Notes: generated by a model not told the origin, from the sequence alone. A stretch of 64,000 nucleotides of DNA from Verrucomicrobium spinosum DSM 4136 = JCM 18804 (GCF_000172155.1 NZ_ABIZ01000001.1:2139105-2203104); one strand, 5' to 3'. Counted from the stretch's first letter, positions 17,888 through 28,396 are shown. Translations and numbers: made by a program.

Positions 17888-18868
17888 ATGAGCCCACTTT
17901 TACCCCGCTTTTTTGTCCTTGCAGGTTGCACCGGACTCGCCCTCGTCATGGCCACCCCCGGACGGGCAGAGCTCACGGCTGAGCAGCACCAGGTGCCACT
18001 GGAGGAGGAGAGCCCTGACCCCAAGCTGACCAAGATCGTCCTCATCGCCGGGACGCCGAGCAACAAACCGCTGCAGCACGAGTACTTCGCCGGATGTGCG
18101 CTCATGCGCCAGTGGCTGAAAGAGGTGCCGGGCGTGTGGCCCGTGCTGGTGGCGGAAGGATGGCCCAGGAATGAAAAAGTGCTGGACGGGGCCAAGGCCG
18201 TGCTCTGCTACATGGATGGCGGGGACAAGCTGGCCCTGCTGGAGCCCGCCCGGTGGGCGAAGATCAAAGGGCTCATGAATCAGAAGGCGGGGCTGGTGAT
18301 GCTGCATCAGGCTGTGGAGGTGCCAGCGGCCCAGGCCCAGGAGTTCCAATCCTGGCTGGGGGCGGTGTGGCAGAAGGACATCGGCTCCCGCGGGCACTGG
18401 GACATGGCTTTCAAGAGCATCCCCTCCCATTCGACCACACGTGGGGTGCAGGTCTTTGCTGCGCCCAAGGATGGGTGGTTGTTTAATCTGCACTTTGCCG
18501 AGAAAGGTGTGACGCCTCTCTTGGTGGGGGCAGTGCCGGACTCAGGGCGATCCACGGCGGATGCCAAAAGCCACACCGGGCGGGCGGAAGTGATCGCGTG
18601 GGCTTATGAACGCCCCAACGGCGGACGCAGTGTGGGCTTCACCGGTTGCGACCTGCACATCGGTTGGGGGTGGGAGAGCCAGCGTCGGTTCCTGTTGAAC
18701 TCCCTGCTCTGGAGTGCCGGGCTGGAGGTGCCTGCCGATGGTGTCACGGTGAAGTGGGACGCGACCTCGCTGAACACGAACCTGGACCGGAAGGTCTTTG
18801 CTGCCAAAACGAAGAAGGCGGCAGCGCCAGCGGAAGCTGCCAGCGTGCCGCCTGCGGTAGTGAAGTAG
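17888..18868 (+). CDS. Secreted ThuA-like / class-I glutamine-amidotransferase-like protein (tentative)
   Basis: Signal peptide. KIVLIAGTPSNKPLQHEY…AVLCYMDGGD…GLVMLHQA pattern resembles the ThuA family. The assignment is by recall only. Confidence 0.4.
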   Translation: MSPLLPRFFVLAGCTGLALVMATPGRAELTAEQHQVPLEEESPDPKLTKIVLIAGTPSNKPLQHEYFAGCALMRQWLKEVPGVWPVLVAEGWPRNEKVLDGAKAVLCYMDGGDKLALLEPARWAKIKGLMNQKAGLVMLHQAVEVPAAQAQEFQSWLGAVWQKDIGSRGHWDMAFKSIPSHSTTRGVQVFAAPKDGWLFNLHFAEKGVTPLLVGAVPDSGRSTADAKSHTGRAEVIAWAYERPNGGRSVGFTGCDLHIGWGWESQRRFLLNSLLWSAGLEVPADGVTVKWDATSLNTNLDRKVFAAKTKKAAAPAEAASVPPAVVK

Positions 18869-18879
18869 GGCTCGGAGGG

Positions 18880-19848
18880 TTACTCAGCAAGGAGGCGCTC
18901 GACCTCGCTCTCGACCTTGCCCCGGGCATTGGTCTGGGCGAGCAGGCCCTGCTTGTTGATGAGCCACATCACGGGGATCATCTCGATGCCGAAGCGCTTG
19001 CAGAGTTCCCCGTCGCCCCCTTTGCCATCGAAATGCTGGGGCCACTTTAGGTTGTTCTGGCGGACGAAGGTCTCCAATGCGCCGCGATCCTGGTCGAGGG
19101 AGATGGCGACGACTTCGAAGCCTTTGTCGCGGTACTTTTCATAGGCTTTCGTGACATGCGGGAGTTCCTCGACACATGGGCCACACCAGGTGGCCCAGAA
19201 GTCGATGAGCACCACCTTGCCCCGCAGGGTTTCGAGATTCACTTCACGGCCGTCCAGGGCCGTGAATTTCAGATCCAGAGGCTTGGTGCGATACGGGGTG
19301 GTGAGCTGACTGCTGGCGAGCAGACGCTTGATTATCGCGTTGCGTGGGGAGAGCGGGTATTTCTCCAGGTGCTCGGCGGCCAGCTTTTCCCAGGCGGCAG
19401 CGCTGGCAGTGCTGCCGTCATTGGTCTCGTCCTGCATCACGCGCAGGGCACTGGCTTCAGACTTCGTGCGGTTGTCGGCATCGGGGGCGTTCAGAATCTG
19501 GGCGATGGCGTCCTTGGAGCCCTCGCGTACGGGCACGCCCAGCTCCTCGCGGGAACTGTTGGTCTGGCTTTCAAAGAGCAGCGCGCTCCAGCGGCGTGGG
19601 TCGGTGGGGAACTTCTCCACGAGCTCGCTGTAGGCGGCGTCATAGGCTGCGATGCTGGTCTTGTAGTACTCCTTGGCTTCCTCCTTGTTCTGGAACTGCT
19701 TGGTGGGGCTGGTGAGAGCCTGACGTGCGGCGCTGACTTTCTCCCAGAGGGCGTCCGCAGAGGAGGCGTCTGCCGCATGGAGAGAGGAGGTGAGTGAAAG
19801 CAGCAGGGCGGCAAAGAGAGGCAGGGCAGGTTTCATGGAAGCGTTCAC
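18880..19848 (-). CDS. TlpA-family thiol:disulfide oxidoreductase (thioredoxin fold), secreted
   Basis: KVVLIDFWATWCGPCVEELPHV…VVAISLD… contains the WCGPC active site. N-terminal signal peptide. Confidence 0.75.
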   Translation of the reverse strand: MNASMKPALPLFAALLLSLTSSLHAADASSADALWEKVSAARQALTSPTKQFQNKEEAKEYYKTSIAAYDAAYSELVEKFPTDPRRWSALLFESQTNSSREELGVPVREGSKDAIAQILNAPDADNRTKSEASALRVMQDETNDGSTASAAAWEKLAAEHLEKYPLSPRNAIIKRLLASSQLTTPYRTKPLDLKFTALDGREVNLETLRGKVVLIDFWATWCGPCVEELPHVTKAYEKYRDKGFEVVAISLDQDRGALETFVRQNNLKWPQHFDGKGGDGELCKRFGIEMIPVMWLINKQGLLAQTNARGKVESEVERLLAE

Positions 19849-20025
19849 AGCAGGGGAGGGAATGGGGAGGCTATCGAAAGGGTCAGACTAAAACGTACGA
19901 TGCCACCGATCTCCGAACGTGTTTTTTGCCGAAACACAGCTTCAATGGCGCTGGGCGTGGGCAATTCTCCTGCAATCCAGTCCAACCTTGCGCGTATCCG
20001 GGGTCTTTACTACGATCCCTCTCCA

Positions 20026-20915
20026 TGATGAAAAGTCTGCCTCTCCTCACTGCCTCTGCAATTGGGCTCCTGGCCGGAGCTGTCTTGCTGACCTCCCAAG
20101 CCGCGGATGCGCCTGCCGCTGCCGCCGCCTCTGAAAAGCCGACCACTGGCCTGCAGCTCTACAGTCTGCGGAGCCAGTTCAAGCTGCGCGGGGTGGCCTG
20201 GACGCTGGACCAGGTCAAGAGCTTTGGCATCACCGAGGTGGAGCTGGCGGGCACCTATGACCAGACGCCGGAACAGTTCAAAGGCGAGCTGGAAAAGCGC
20301 GGTCTCAAGGCGGTGAGCTCCCACTTCCCCTTTGGCCGTCTGAAAGGCGACATCGCCGGTGTGGTGAAGGACGCCAAGGCGCTTGGGCTCAAATACGCAG
20401 GGTGTGCCTGGATCGACCACAAGGATGGGTTCGATGAAGCAGAATGTCGCGAAGCCGCCTCCGTCTTCAACAAAGCTGGCGAAGCGCTGGCGAAGGAAGG
20501 CATCACCTTCTTCTACCACCCGCACGGGTATGAGTTCGTGCCTCATGGTGAGGGCACGCTGTTCGACGTGCTCTTTGCCGAGACGAAGCCGGAGTTTGTG
20601 AGCTACCAGATGGACGTGCTCTGGATCATCTTCCCCGGCCAGGATCCGGTGAAGCTGCTGGAGAAATACAGCAACCGCTGGAAGCTGATGCACTTGAAGG
20701 ACCTGAAGAAGGGCGTGGCCACGGGCTCCCTGTCCGGCAAGACAGACCTGGAAAATGATGTGGTGCTGGGCTCCGGCCAGACCAACTATCCCTCCGTGCT
20801 GGAAACGGCCAAGAAGGTGGGCGTGAAACATTATTTCATCGAAGACGAATCCCCCTCCGTCATGGAGCAGGTGCCCCAGAGCCTGAAGTACATGAAGTCT
20901 CAGGGATTTGAGTGA
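20026..20915 (+). CDS. Sugar phosphate isomerase/epimerase (xylose-isomerase-like TIM barrel), secreted
   Basis: Start moved to MMKSLPLLTASAIGLLAGAVLLTSQAADA (signal peptide). Family resemblance over LQLYSLRSQF…GITEVELAG…FFYHPHGYEF. Confidence 0.7.
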
Positions 20916-20950
20916 GATTGGGTTGCGCGCTGATTAGCGAGTGAATTTAG

Positions 20951-20990
20951 AGGCCGGGGGTGCGAACCTCCGGCCTTTTTGTTTGAGGAG
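20951..20990 (+). terminator. Rho-independent terminator of the isomerase gene
   Basis: aggccgggggtgcgaacctccggcc followed by tttttgttt. Confidence 0.5.
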
Positions 20991-21020
20991 GTGAGGACTA
21001 GACGCCTGAACCAGTGCGCT

Positions 21021-22470
21021 GCGACACCATCGACACCCTTTTTGGAGGTTCACTGAGAAAGAGAGGAGGTGTTTTTTGGGGTAAGTTGTAAAAAGGGTGT
21101 CGATGGTGTCGCAGAGAGCGAGGTTTTGGGGGTGCTGACTGGATGGCCTGCTCCCTATTGCGCGAGCGCACAGGCTGCCTGCCAAGAAACCGACTCCGGT
21201 TCAGTTCGCAGTTTATCCCTGAAGGGGATATCTAGCACAGCCCAGTGGTTGGACGAGCCTTAAGCGAGTCAACCCTGGGTACCCTCCGCAGAGGATGATC
21301 AGGTGGGAAGGCTGACAGCATTCGCTTTCTTGCCACCGCTTTCAACGCCTCCACGTCAGACGGATGCGATGTCATGTGCTGTCTGACGTTCGCGGCAAGA
21401 TGCCGTGAACAGCACGCAGGGATGCGTGCGCTCCCCGAGCTTCCCATGCACAGGTCATGTTGAGGAACTGCCAGACCGCTACAACTCCTTCGGAGTAAAA
21501 ACCTCCAACACCCGTACCCAACGTAGACTCGCTGGAAGCTCGTCAACGTTGGGCTTGTAGCCCCATCCTCTTCGAGGAAGAACTTCGACTGAGGGCGTGG
21601 ACGGTTGGTGTCTTGGTGGCCACCCCGAGCGTGGGGCTTGGGCAGTTTTTCTTAGGTAGTCAACCACAGGGGTGTCTGTGAACAGGTGTTTTGCGACACC
21701 ATCGACACCCTTTTTACAACTTACCCCAAAAAATACCCCCTCTCTTTTTTTGTGAACCTCCAAAAAGGGTGTCGATGGTGTCGCAGAGAGCGAGGTTCTG
21801 GGTGTGCTGACTGGATGGCCTGCTTCCTATTGCGCGAGCGCACCGGCTGCCTGCCAAGAAACCGACTCCGGTTCAGTTCGCAGTTTATCCCCGAAGGGGA
21901 TATCTAGCACAGCCCAGTGGTTGGACGAGCCTTAAGCGAGTCAACCCTGGGTATCTCCGCAGAGGATGATCAGGTGGGACGGCCGACAGCATTCGCTTCT
22001 TGCCACCGCCATCAACGCCTCCACGTCAGACGGATGCGATGTCATGTGCTGCGTGCGCTCCCCGAGCTTCCCATGCACAGGTCATTTTGAGGAAATGCCA
22101 GACCGCTACAACTCCTTCGGAGTAAAAACCTCCAACGCCCGTGCCCAACGTAGACTCGCTGGAAGCTCGTCAACGGTGGGCTTGTGGCCCCATCCTCTTT
22201 GAGGAAGAACTTCGACTGAGCGCATGGACGGTTGGTGTCTTGGTGGCCACCCCGAGCGTGGGGCTTGGGCGGTTTCCCTTAGGTCGTCAACCACAGCGGC
22301 GTCTGTGAACAGGTATTCTGCGACACCATCGACACCCTTTTTACAACTTACACCAAAAAAACACCCCTCTCTTTTTCTGTGAACCTCCAAAAAGGGTGTC
22401 GATGGTGTCGCAGAGGGCGAGGTCCCGGGGGTGCTGACTGGATGGCCCGCTTCCTATCGCACCAACGCGC
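21021..22470. repeat. Tandem array of a roughly 630-bp unit (2.3 copies; periods 671 and 627 bp, about 94% identity), each unit starting with a 24-bp perfect inverted repeat enclosing a 46-bp loop
   Basis: IR arms TGCGACACCATCGACACCCTTTTT / AAAAAGGGTGTCGATGGTGTCGCA at 21021-21114, 21692-21785 and 22319-22412. The loop in copy 1 is the reverse complement of the loop in copies 2 and 3. Copy 1 has a 44-bp indel. Confidence 0.85.
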
Positions 22471-22540
22471 AGGCGGTCGGCGTGTTGTAGGCCGGGAGAC
22501 TCTGACCGGAACGGTGTGCCCGCGCCTCCTCTCAACCAAC

Positions 22541-22568
22541 AAAAAACCCCGGAAGCTGCCTTCCGGGG
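22541..22568 (-). terminator. Rho-independent terminator downstream of the PVC heme-binding protein gene (hairpin with U-tracts on both strands)
   Basis: aaaaaaCCCCGGAAGctgcCTTCCGGGGtcctttgaatttt. On the minus strand the hairpin is followed by TTTTTTGTTGG. Confidence 0.6.
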
Positions 22569-22611
22569 TCCTTTGAATTTTGACGTTTGAATTTTGAAGT
22601 TTTATTTCCTC

Positions 22612-25600
22612 CTACTGCCCTGGCAGCGCCACTTGGGAGTCGCTCGTCAAATAGGCCATGAGGTTGCGCACCTGCTCGTCGGTCAGCGCCAGCAGCAGTC
22701 CCTCGGGCATCAAGGACACGGGCAGCTCCTGGATGCTGGTGATGTCTCCGCGCTCCACGACCTGCTCCTGGCCCACCATCTTGATGGTGAGGGTGCGGTC
22801 GGTCTTCGCAGCGATGTTGCCACTGAGGATGCGGCCATCCTTGAGGTTCACCACGGACATCTTGTAGTCGGCGGCCAGCGTGGCGCTGGGATCCGCGATG
22901 TTCTCGATGAGGTAGTTCACGTCCTTGCGGCCGCTGCCGGTGAGGTCGGGGCCGATGAGGTTGCCCTCACCGTAGAGCTTGTGGCAGGCGGCGCACACCT
23001 GGTTGAAGATCACCCGCCCGGCGCTGGCGTCTGCCTTGGACACGAGTTCCTTGGTCAGCTTGCCTTTGAGGGCGGCGATGAGTTGCTGCTTGTCGGCACT
23101 GGATTCGCGGATGTCGCCCCACACTTCGGTGAGTTGCTTGTCCAGCTCGGCGTCCTTGAAGCTGCGCATCTGCCGGGCCTGGTAGGGGGTGATGTCCTTC
23201 CGGGGGATCTGGTTGGGAGCCGTGCCCACCTGCTTGAGCATCGCCTTGGCGAAGTTTGCCCGGGAGGTGAGGGTGTCCATCACCGCCGGTTGCTCGTTGG
23301 GGTAGAAGCTGCGGTAGCTCTTGGCCAGGGACTCGCCGATCTTCAGGTCGTCATACAGCGCCAGCCCGCGCACGGCGGTCATGTTCAGATCGCGCGTCTT
23401 GAGCAGCTTCTCGCACACCTCGCGCAGGCCGTCGGCCTTGGCAGCAATGAGGGACTGCAAAGCGTTGCGCCGGGCGGCGAAGTCTGCCTTGTCATCCAGC
23501 ACCAGTTTCTTGATGTCGTCGAGCGCGCGGCCGTCGCCAAAGAGGGCGCTCAGGGCGCGGAGCTGTTCCTGCTGGGTGGCCTCTGACACCTTTGCGGCAA
23601 AAGCATCCCAGGCGGCGGGCTTCTTCGCCTTGGCCCAGCCCTTGAGGCCGTCAGTCATCCCTTGCAGGATGTCGGCGGAGTTCGAGGGGGCAACGTTGCC
23701 CAGCAGGGTGTTGAGCGGAGCCGGGTTAGTCTCGATGTCCTCCGTGCAGCGGCGGGCGATGAACTGGCGGACCAGCGGGATCTGGCACCCGGGCTCCAGC
23801 TTGGCGAGCTCTGCCGGGGGCATGTCCATGATGCCATACCAGTACATCAGCGGCAGGTAGGCGTCCTTGGCATCGTCAGCATGACTTAGGAGCTGGTTGG
23901 CCAGGGCGGGCTTTTCTGCATCGGCCAGTCGGCCAAGAGCGGAGGCCAGATGCAGGCGGACGAATGCGCTGTCCTCCTCCTTGGCGAGGCTCGCCAAGAT
24001 GCGCGCGGTGCGGGGCGTGGGGCCCTCAGCCGTGATGGATTGCAGCACCCAGCGGCGCAGGAATTCGCTATCGGACTTGATCATCTCCGCCACCATGGCG
24101 GCGATGGCATCCTGGGCGGCGGGGGAGTCTGCTCCCAGCAGCCCGGCGTATCCCATGGTCCACCAGGCGTTGAGCTTCTTGGCGGGGGTGGGGGCGGTCT
24201 TGAAGGTGTCGAGCACCTGCTTGGCCACTGCGGGTACTTTGCCGCGGTGGGCGCGCTCGCGCAGCTCCCAGCGGGCCATGCGCACGAGCCACTCGTTGTC
24301 GCTGAGCTGGAGTTTCACCAGCTCTTCATCGCTGAGCTTGGTGACGTCTGTCTCCTTGGGCTTCACCGCATCGCCGTAGGTCACTTTGAAGATGCGGCCG
24401 GAGTTGCGATGCACGCCGTCATTCTCATGGCACTCGCCGATGTCGCTCCAGTCCAGGATATACACGCCGCCGTCCGGCCCGTAGGTGAGCTCCACGCCGC
24501 GGAACCACGTGTCGTCGCTCTTCAGGATGTCGGGCTCATGCTTGCCGACGAAGGTGCTGCCCTGGCGCTCCAGACGTTCCACATTGATGCGGCGTCCGTG
24601 CAGGTTCAGGGTCATCACCTTGTCCCGGTATTCTTTGGGCCAGTTCGTGCCCTGGTAGAGGATCATGCCGACGTGGGCGTGGCCGCCGCCCAACTGGTCG
24701 TTCACACCCACTCCGCCACGGGAGTCCGTCCAGCTCTTGCCGGTATCCCAGTGGTAGTGGTCGGCGATCTGGTCCATGAGCTGGTAGGCCCGGGGATTGA
24801 GATCCTGCCCGTGCATGCGCTTGAGGTGGGCTCCGTCAATGCCGTGCCAGAGGTGGCCGATGACGGTGTTGATGAAAATGAGGTCGCCTGTGGCGGTCCA
24901 GTCATGGCCCCAGGGGTTCGTGGTGCCGTAGCACACGATCTCAAACTTTTTCTGCCCGGGCTGGTAGCGCCACAGGCCTCCAGCAATTCCCTGGCGTTTC
25001 TCCACCGGGGTTTCCGGCGTGCCCACGTAGGACGTGCTGCTGATGCCGCAACGTCCGTAGAGCCAGCCATCTGGACCCCACTTCAGGCCGTTGGCAAAGG
25101 TGTGCCGACTGGCGGCCTGGGTGCTGAAGCCGTCCAGCATGACCTGCGGAGGACCGTCAGGCTTGTCGTCGCCGTCCTTGTCCGGGATGAAGAGCAAATG
25201 AGGCGGGCACACGGCCCAGACGCCACCCAGGCCACGCTCGATGCTGGTGAGCATCTGCACCTCATCTGAGAACACGGTGCGTTTGTCGTATTTGCCGTCG
25301 TTGTCCGTGTCCTCGAAGATGAGGATCCGGTCACGAAGCTTCATGTCGTAGCGCTCTTTGGTGTCGGAGTAGGTGAAGTTCTCCGCGACCCAGAGGCGGC
25401 CTTTCTCGTCCCAGCAGCAGGCGATGGGATTGTTGACGTCTGGCTCTGCGGCGAAGAGCGTGGCTTTGAAGCCCTGAGGAAGGTTCAGCTTCTTGAGCGA
25501 CTCTTCTGCGGTCGGGAAGGGTATGGTAAGAGGCTGGTTGTCTGGTGGTACCGGGAAGTCTCCCGTCGCGAAAACGGGCAGGGCCATCGCGACCGTCAGG

Positions 25601-25650
25601 CAGGACGCCCCTAAGAGGGCGATTCGTGAGAGGGTGTTGCAGTAGGGCAT
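22612..25650 (-). CDS. PVC-type heme-binding CxxCH protein / membrane-bound dehydrogenase domain protein (GSDH-like beta-propeller + HEAT repeats + C-terminal cytochrome c)
   Basis: 1012 aa. Signal peptide. N-terminal FAAEPDVNNPIACCWDEKGRLWVAE. HEAT-like LHLASALGRLADAEK. C-terminal CAACHKLYGEG heme motif. Confidence 0.8.
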   Translation of the reverse strand: MPYCNTLSRIALLGASCLTVAMALPVFATGDFPVPPDNQPLTIPFPTAEESLKKLNLPQGFKATLFAAEPDVNNPIACCWDEKGRLWVAENFTYSDTKERYDMKLRDRILIFEDTDNDGKYDKRTVFSDEVQMLTSIERGLGGVWAVCPPHLLFIPDKDGDDKPDGPPQVMLDGFSTQAASRHTFANGLKWGPDGWLYGRCGISSTSYVGTPETPVEKRQGIAGGLWRYQPGQKKFEIVCYGTTNPWGHDWTATGDLIFINTVIGHLWHGIDGAHLKRMHGQDLNPRAYQLMDQIADHYHWDTGKSWTDSRGGVGVNDQLGGGHAHVGMILYQGTNWPKEYRDKVMTLNLHGRRINVERLERQGSTFVGKHEPDILKSDDTWFRGVELTYGPDGGVYILDWSDIGECHENDGVHRNSGRIFKVTYGDAVKPKETDVTKLSDEELVKLQLSDNEWLVRMARWELRERAHRGKVPAVAKQVLDTFKTAPTPAKKLNAWWTMGYAGLLGADSPAAQDAIAAMVAEMIKSDSEFLRRWVLQSITAEGPTPRTARILASLAKEEDSAFVRLHLASALGRLADAEKPALANQLLSHADDAKDAYLPLMYWYGIMDMPPAELAKLEPGCQIPLVRQFIARRCTEDIETNPAPLNTLLGNVAPSNSADILQGMTDGLKGWAKAKKPAAWDAFAAKVSEATQQEQLRALSALFGDGRALDDIKKLVLDDKADFAARRNALQSLIAAKADGLREVCEKLLKTRDLNMTAVRGLALYDDLKIGESLAKSYRSFYPNEQPAVMDTLTSRANFAKAMLKQVGTAPNQIPRKDITPYQARQMRSFKDAELDKQLTEVWGDIRESSADKQQLIAALKGKLTKELVSKADASAGRVIFNQVCAACHKLYGEGNLIGPDLTGSGRKDVNYLIENIADPSATLAADYKMSVVNLKDGRILSGNIAAKTDRTLTIKMVGQEQVVERGDITSIQELPVSLMPEGLLLALTDEQVRNLMAYLTSDSQVALPGQ

Positions 25651-25950
25651 GGGCAGGTCTGGGAGCTGAAAAGCAAGGCATCGCCCGCTGGCAGCGGTGA
25701 GGGCGCTTCCGGGCGGGCGGGAGATTTACAACGGTCCCAAAACTGAAACCCTGTCGTGCAACTTGCTCAGAAGGGTGAGCACATCGTTGCATTCGGCAAG
25801 AGGAGGACGCCCCAATAAGCTGGGGGATGCTCTGTGAAGTGCTCAGAATGAGTGAATTACATCGCTTCTGGAGGCGTGGCATATTCACCGCTGGAAAGGG
25901 GTGAGAATGGTTGCCCCACCGGGCCGCCGGATTCCAACCCCTGTACCCAT

Positions 25951-26164
25951 GAAACTCATTCTTTCGGCACTGACCCTGGGAACCGCCCTCGCACTGAGCA
26001 GTTGCGAATCTCCGCCTCCTCCGCCGACGGTGACGACCCAGACGACGACGGAAACTGTTCGTACAACCTTAAGCCCGGTCACGACCACGACAGGCAACGT
26101 GACGACCTATCATAGTCCGGCACGGCGTTCAGTGACGACCACGGAGACCACGACCTTGCGCTAA
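25951..26164 (+). CDS. Small Thr-rich lipoprotein
   Basis: MKLILSALTLGTALALSSC lipobox, then PPPPPTVTTQTTTETVRTT…. A hairpin plus TCTTTCTT follows at 26208-26246. Confidence 0.4.
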
Positions 26165-26322
26165 GAACCTGCGGTCTATGCAGGTCGGGCGGCAGATGTC
26201 CCCTCTGAACAACCCGGTGGCGGCAATGCGCCCCACCGGGTCTTTCTTATACAAATGTGACATTTCAGACGGTGGTCTGGCAGTTTTTCAACAACCGTCT
26301 GGCGGGGGAAACCCGCTTCGGT

Positions 26323-26700
26323 TTAAGAACCGTGCTGGATCAGCTCGATCTCGTAACCTTCAGGGGCATCGATGAACGCAAATTTGCCGCTGGAGCTCTG
26401 GGTGGGGCCATCGGAAAGCGGGTAGCCCTTCTCAGCGGCATGCTTGGCAAACGCCTCCAGATCATCCACCTGGAAGGCCAGGTGAGTGAGGTCTGGGCCC
26501 ACGACCACAGGGCCGCTGGCAGGATAGCAGCAGATCTCCAGCAGTTCCTCGCTGCCGGGTGTTTTCAGGAAGACGAGCTCGGAGCCCCGCGGAGACTTGT
26601 GACGTCTCACCTCTTCCAGCCCCAGAACGTCTTTGTAGAAGGAGATCGTCTTGTCCAGATCGGCGACGCGATAGCGGGTGTGAAGGAGTTTGGTGACCAT
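26323..26700 (-). CDS. VOC family protein (glyoxalase/bleomycin-resistance fold)
   Basis: HTRYRVADLDKTISFYKDVLGLEEV…THLAFQVDDLEAF…GYEIELIQ. Confidence 0.75.
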   Translation of the reverse strand: MVTKLLHTRYRVADLDKTISFYKDVLGLEEVRRHKSPRGSELVFLKTPGSEELLEICCYPASGPVVVGPDLTHLAFQVDDLEAFAKHAAEKGYPLSDGPTQSSSGKFAFIDAPEGYEIELIQHGS

Positions 26701-26859
26701 GATTGGGAGCGATAGGGTAGAACTGGAATACGGGCAAGGACCGTTTGGTGGACTGGACGAGATGAAACAATCGTATTAGATAAGATTTCATGGCGGGCGG
26801 TAAAAGACCCCGCTATAGGCACGATTCGTCTCTCTTCTTCATCTCCTCACCTCACTTCC

Positions 26860-28365
26860 ATGTCCACCTATTACCTCGGCATCGACAGCGGCACCCAGAG
26901 CTCCAAAGCGATCGTGCTGGAATTTGAAACCGGTCGGATTGTTGCCCACGCGAAGCGGGAGTATGACCTGATCCCCGGCCTGCCGTCGGGCCATCTGGAG
27001 CAACATCCGCAGGACTGGATCGATGCCATCAACGGCTGCATCACGGACTGTCTGGATCAACTGGGCACCGGGCGATCCCAGGTGGCGGGCATTGGCGTGA
27101 GCGGCCAGCAGCACGGTCTGGTGGTGCTGGATGGGGAGGATCAGGTGGTGCGCCCTGCGAAACTGTGGTGTGACACCTCCACCCAGGAGCAGTGCGCGGA
27201 GATTGCCCACGAGTTCGGTGGGCAGCCGGGCTGCATTTCCCTGGCCGGGAATGCCATGCTGCCGGGCTACACCCTGCCGAAAATCCTCTGGCTGAAGCAG
27301 AACGAGCCGCAGAATTTTGACAAGGTGAAGACCATCCTGCTGCCGCATGACTACATCAACTTCTGGCTCAGCGGGGTGAAGCGCATGGAATACGGTGATG
27401 CCAGCGGCACGGCCCTGCTGGATGTGCGGACGCGGGAGTGGTCCAAGGAACTGGCCGACTTCATCGATCCGCGCTTGATCGACATGCTTCCTCCAGTGGG
27501 CTCCTCCAATGAGGTGCACGGGACCCTCCGCCCGGATCTGGCCAAGCAGTGGGGATTGAGCGAGAGCGTCATCATCAGCGCCGGTGGCGGTGACAACATG
27601 ATGGGCGCAATCGGCACCGGCAACGTGAAGCCCGGTGTGATCACTGCCAGCTTTGGCACCAGTGGCACGCTTTACGGCGTGGCGGATTCGCCCGTGGTGG
27701 ATGGTCAGGGCGAAGTGGCGGCTTTCTGCGACAGCACCGACCAATGGCTGCCGCTGGTGTGCACCATGAACGTCACCGTGGTGACGGAGCAGATCCGCGA
27801 GATGTTCGGCTGGACGATTCCGCAACTGGAAGCCGCGGTGGCCAGCGCTCCGGTGGGAGCGGGCGGCGTCACCTTCCTGCCGTATCTGAATGGCGAGCGC
27901 ACGCCGAACCTGCCCAACGGAACGGGCGTGCTCCACGGACTGCGCACCACGAACATGAGCCCGGCCCATCTGGCCCGCGCCGCGGTGGAAGGGGCCACGC
28001 TGGGCCTCGCCTATGGCTTGAAGCGTTTCCGCGAACTCGGCCTGTCTCCCAGTGAGATCCGTCTCACTGGCGGGGGCAGCCAGAGCGCCGTGTGGCGTCA
28101 AATTGCGGCCAACGTCTTCAATGCGGAAGTGGTCACTCTGGCCACGGCCGAGGGTGCGGCGCTGGGCTCCGCCATCCAGGCGGCATTCGCACTGCTCAAG
28201 CAGCAGGGCAAGGTGAGCAAGTATGAGGAACTAACGGACCGCCTCGTCGCGCTGGACGAAAGCACCCGCTGCAAGCCGGAGCCGGAGGCGGTGGCTTTCT
28301 ACGATGCGCAACTGGAAAAGTTCACCGGGCTGACACGGCGCCTGCACGAGGTGGAATACCTCTAG
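26860..28365 (+). CDS. xylB: Xylulokinase (FGGY carbohydrate kinase)
   Basis: YLGIDSGTQSSKAIV…GVSGQQHGLVVLD…FGTSGT…GGGSQSAVWRQIAANVF are canonical XylB blocks. Confidence 0.85.
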   Translation: MSTYYLGIDSGTQSSKAIVLEFETGRIVAHAKREYDLIPGLPSGHLEQHPQDWIDAINGCITDCLDQLGTGRSQVAGIGVSGQQHGLVVLDGEDQVVRPAKLWCDTSTQEQCAEIAHEFGGQPGCISLAGNAMLPGYTLPKILWLKQNEPQNFDKVKTILLPHDYINFWLSGVKRMEYGDASGTALLDVRTREWSKELADFIDPRLIDMLPPVGSSNEVHGTLRPDLAKQWGLSESVIISAGGGDNMMGAIGTGNVKPGVITASFGTSGTLYGVADSPVVDGQGEVAAFCDSTDQWLPLVCTMNVTVVTEQIREMFGWTIPQLEAAVASAPVGAGGVTFLPYLNGERTPNLPNGTGVLHGLRTTNMSPAHLARAAVEGATLGLAYGLKRFRELGLSPSEIRLTGGGSQSAVWRQIAANVFNAEVVTLATAEGAALGSAIQAAFALLKQQGKVSKYEELTDRLVALDESTRCKPEPEAVAFYDAQLEKFTGLTRRLHEVEYL

Positions 28366-28396
28366 CCTTGGCCCGGTTTCACTCGTAGAGAATTGC

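Noticed and set aside
21479-22390. Two 94-aa ORFs (21479-21763 and 22106-22390, minus strand) conserved between tandem repeat units
   Set aside because: TTG start. The frame runs straight through the 24-bp perfect inverted repeat and the inverted loop. About 18 nucleotide differences between copies give 15 amino-acid changes, so there is no purifying selection. Treated as repeat-borne spurious ORFs.
21021-22470. CRISPR array interpretation of the tandem repeat regions (also 45885-46550 and 59509-60125)
   Set aside because: Units are 96-630 bp and near-identical over their full length. There are no short direct repeats separated by unique spacers, and no cas genes in the window.
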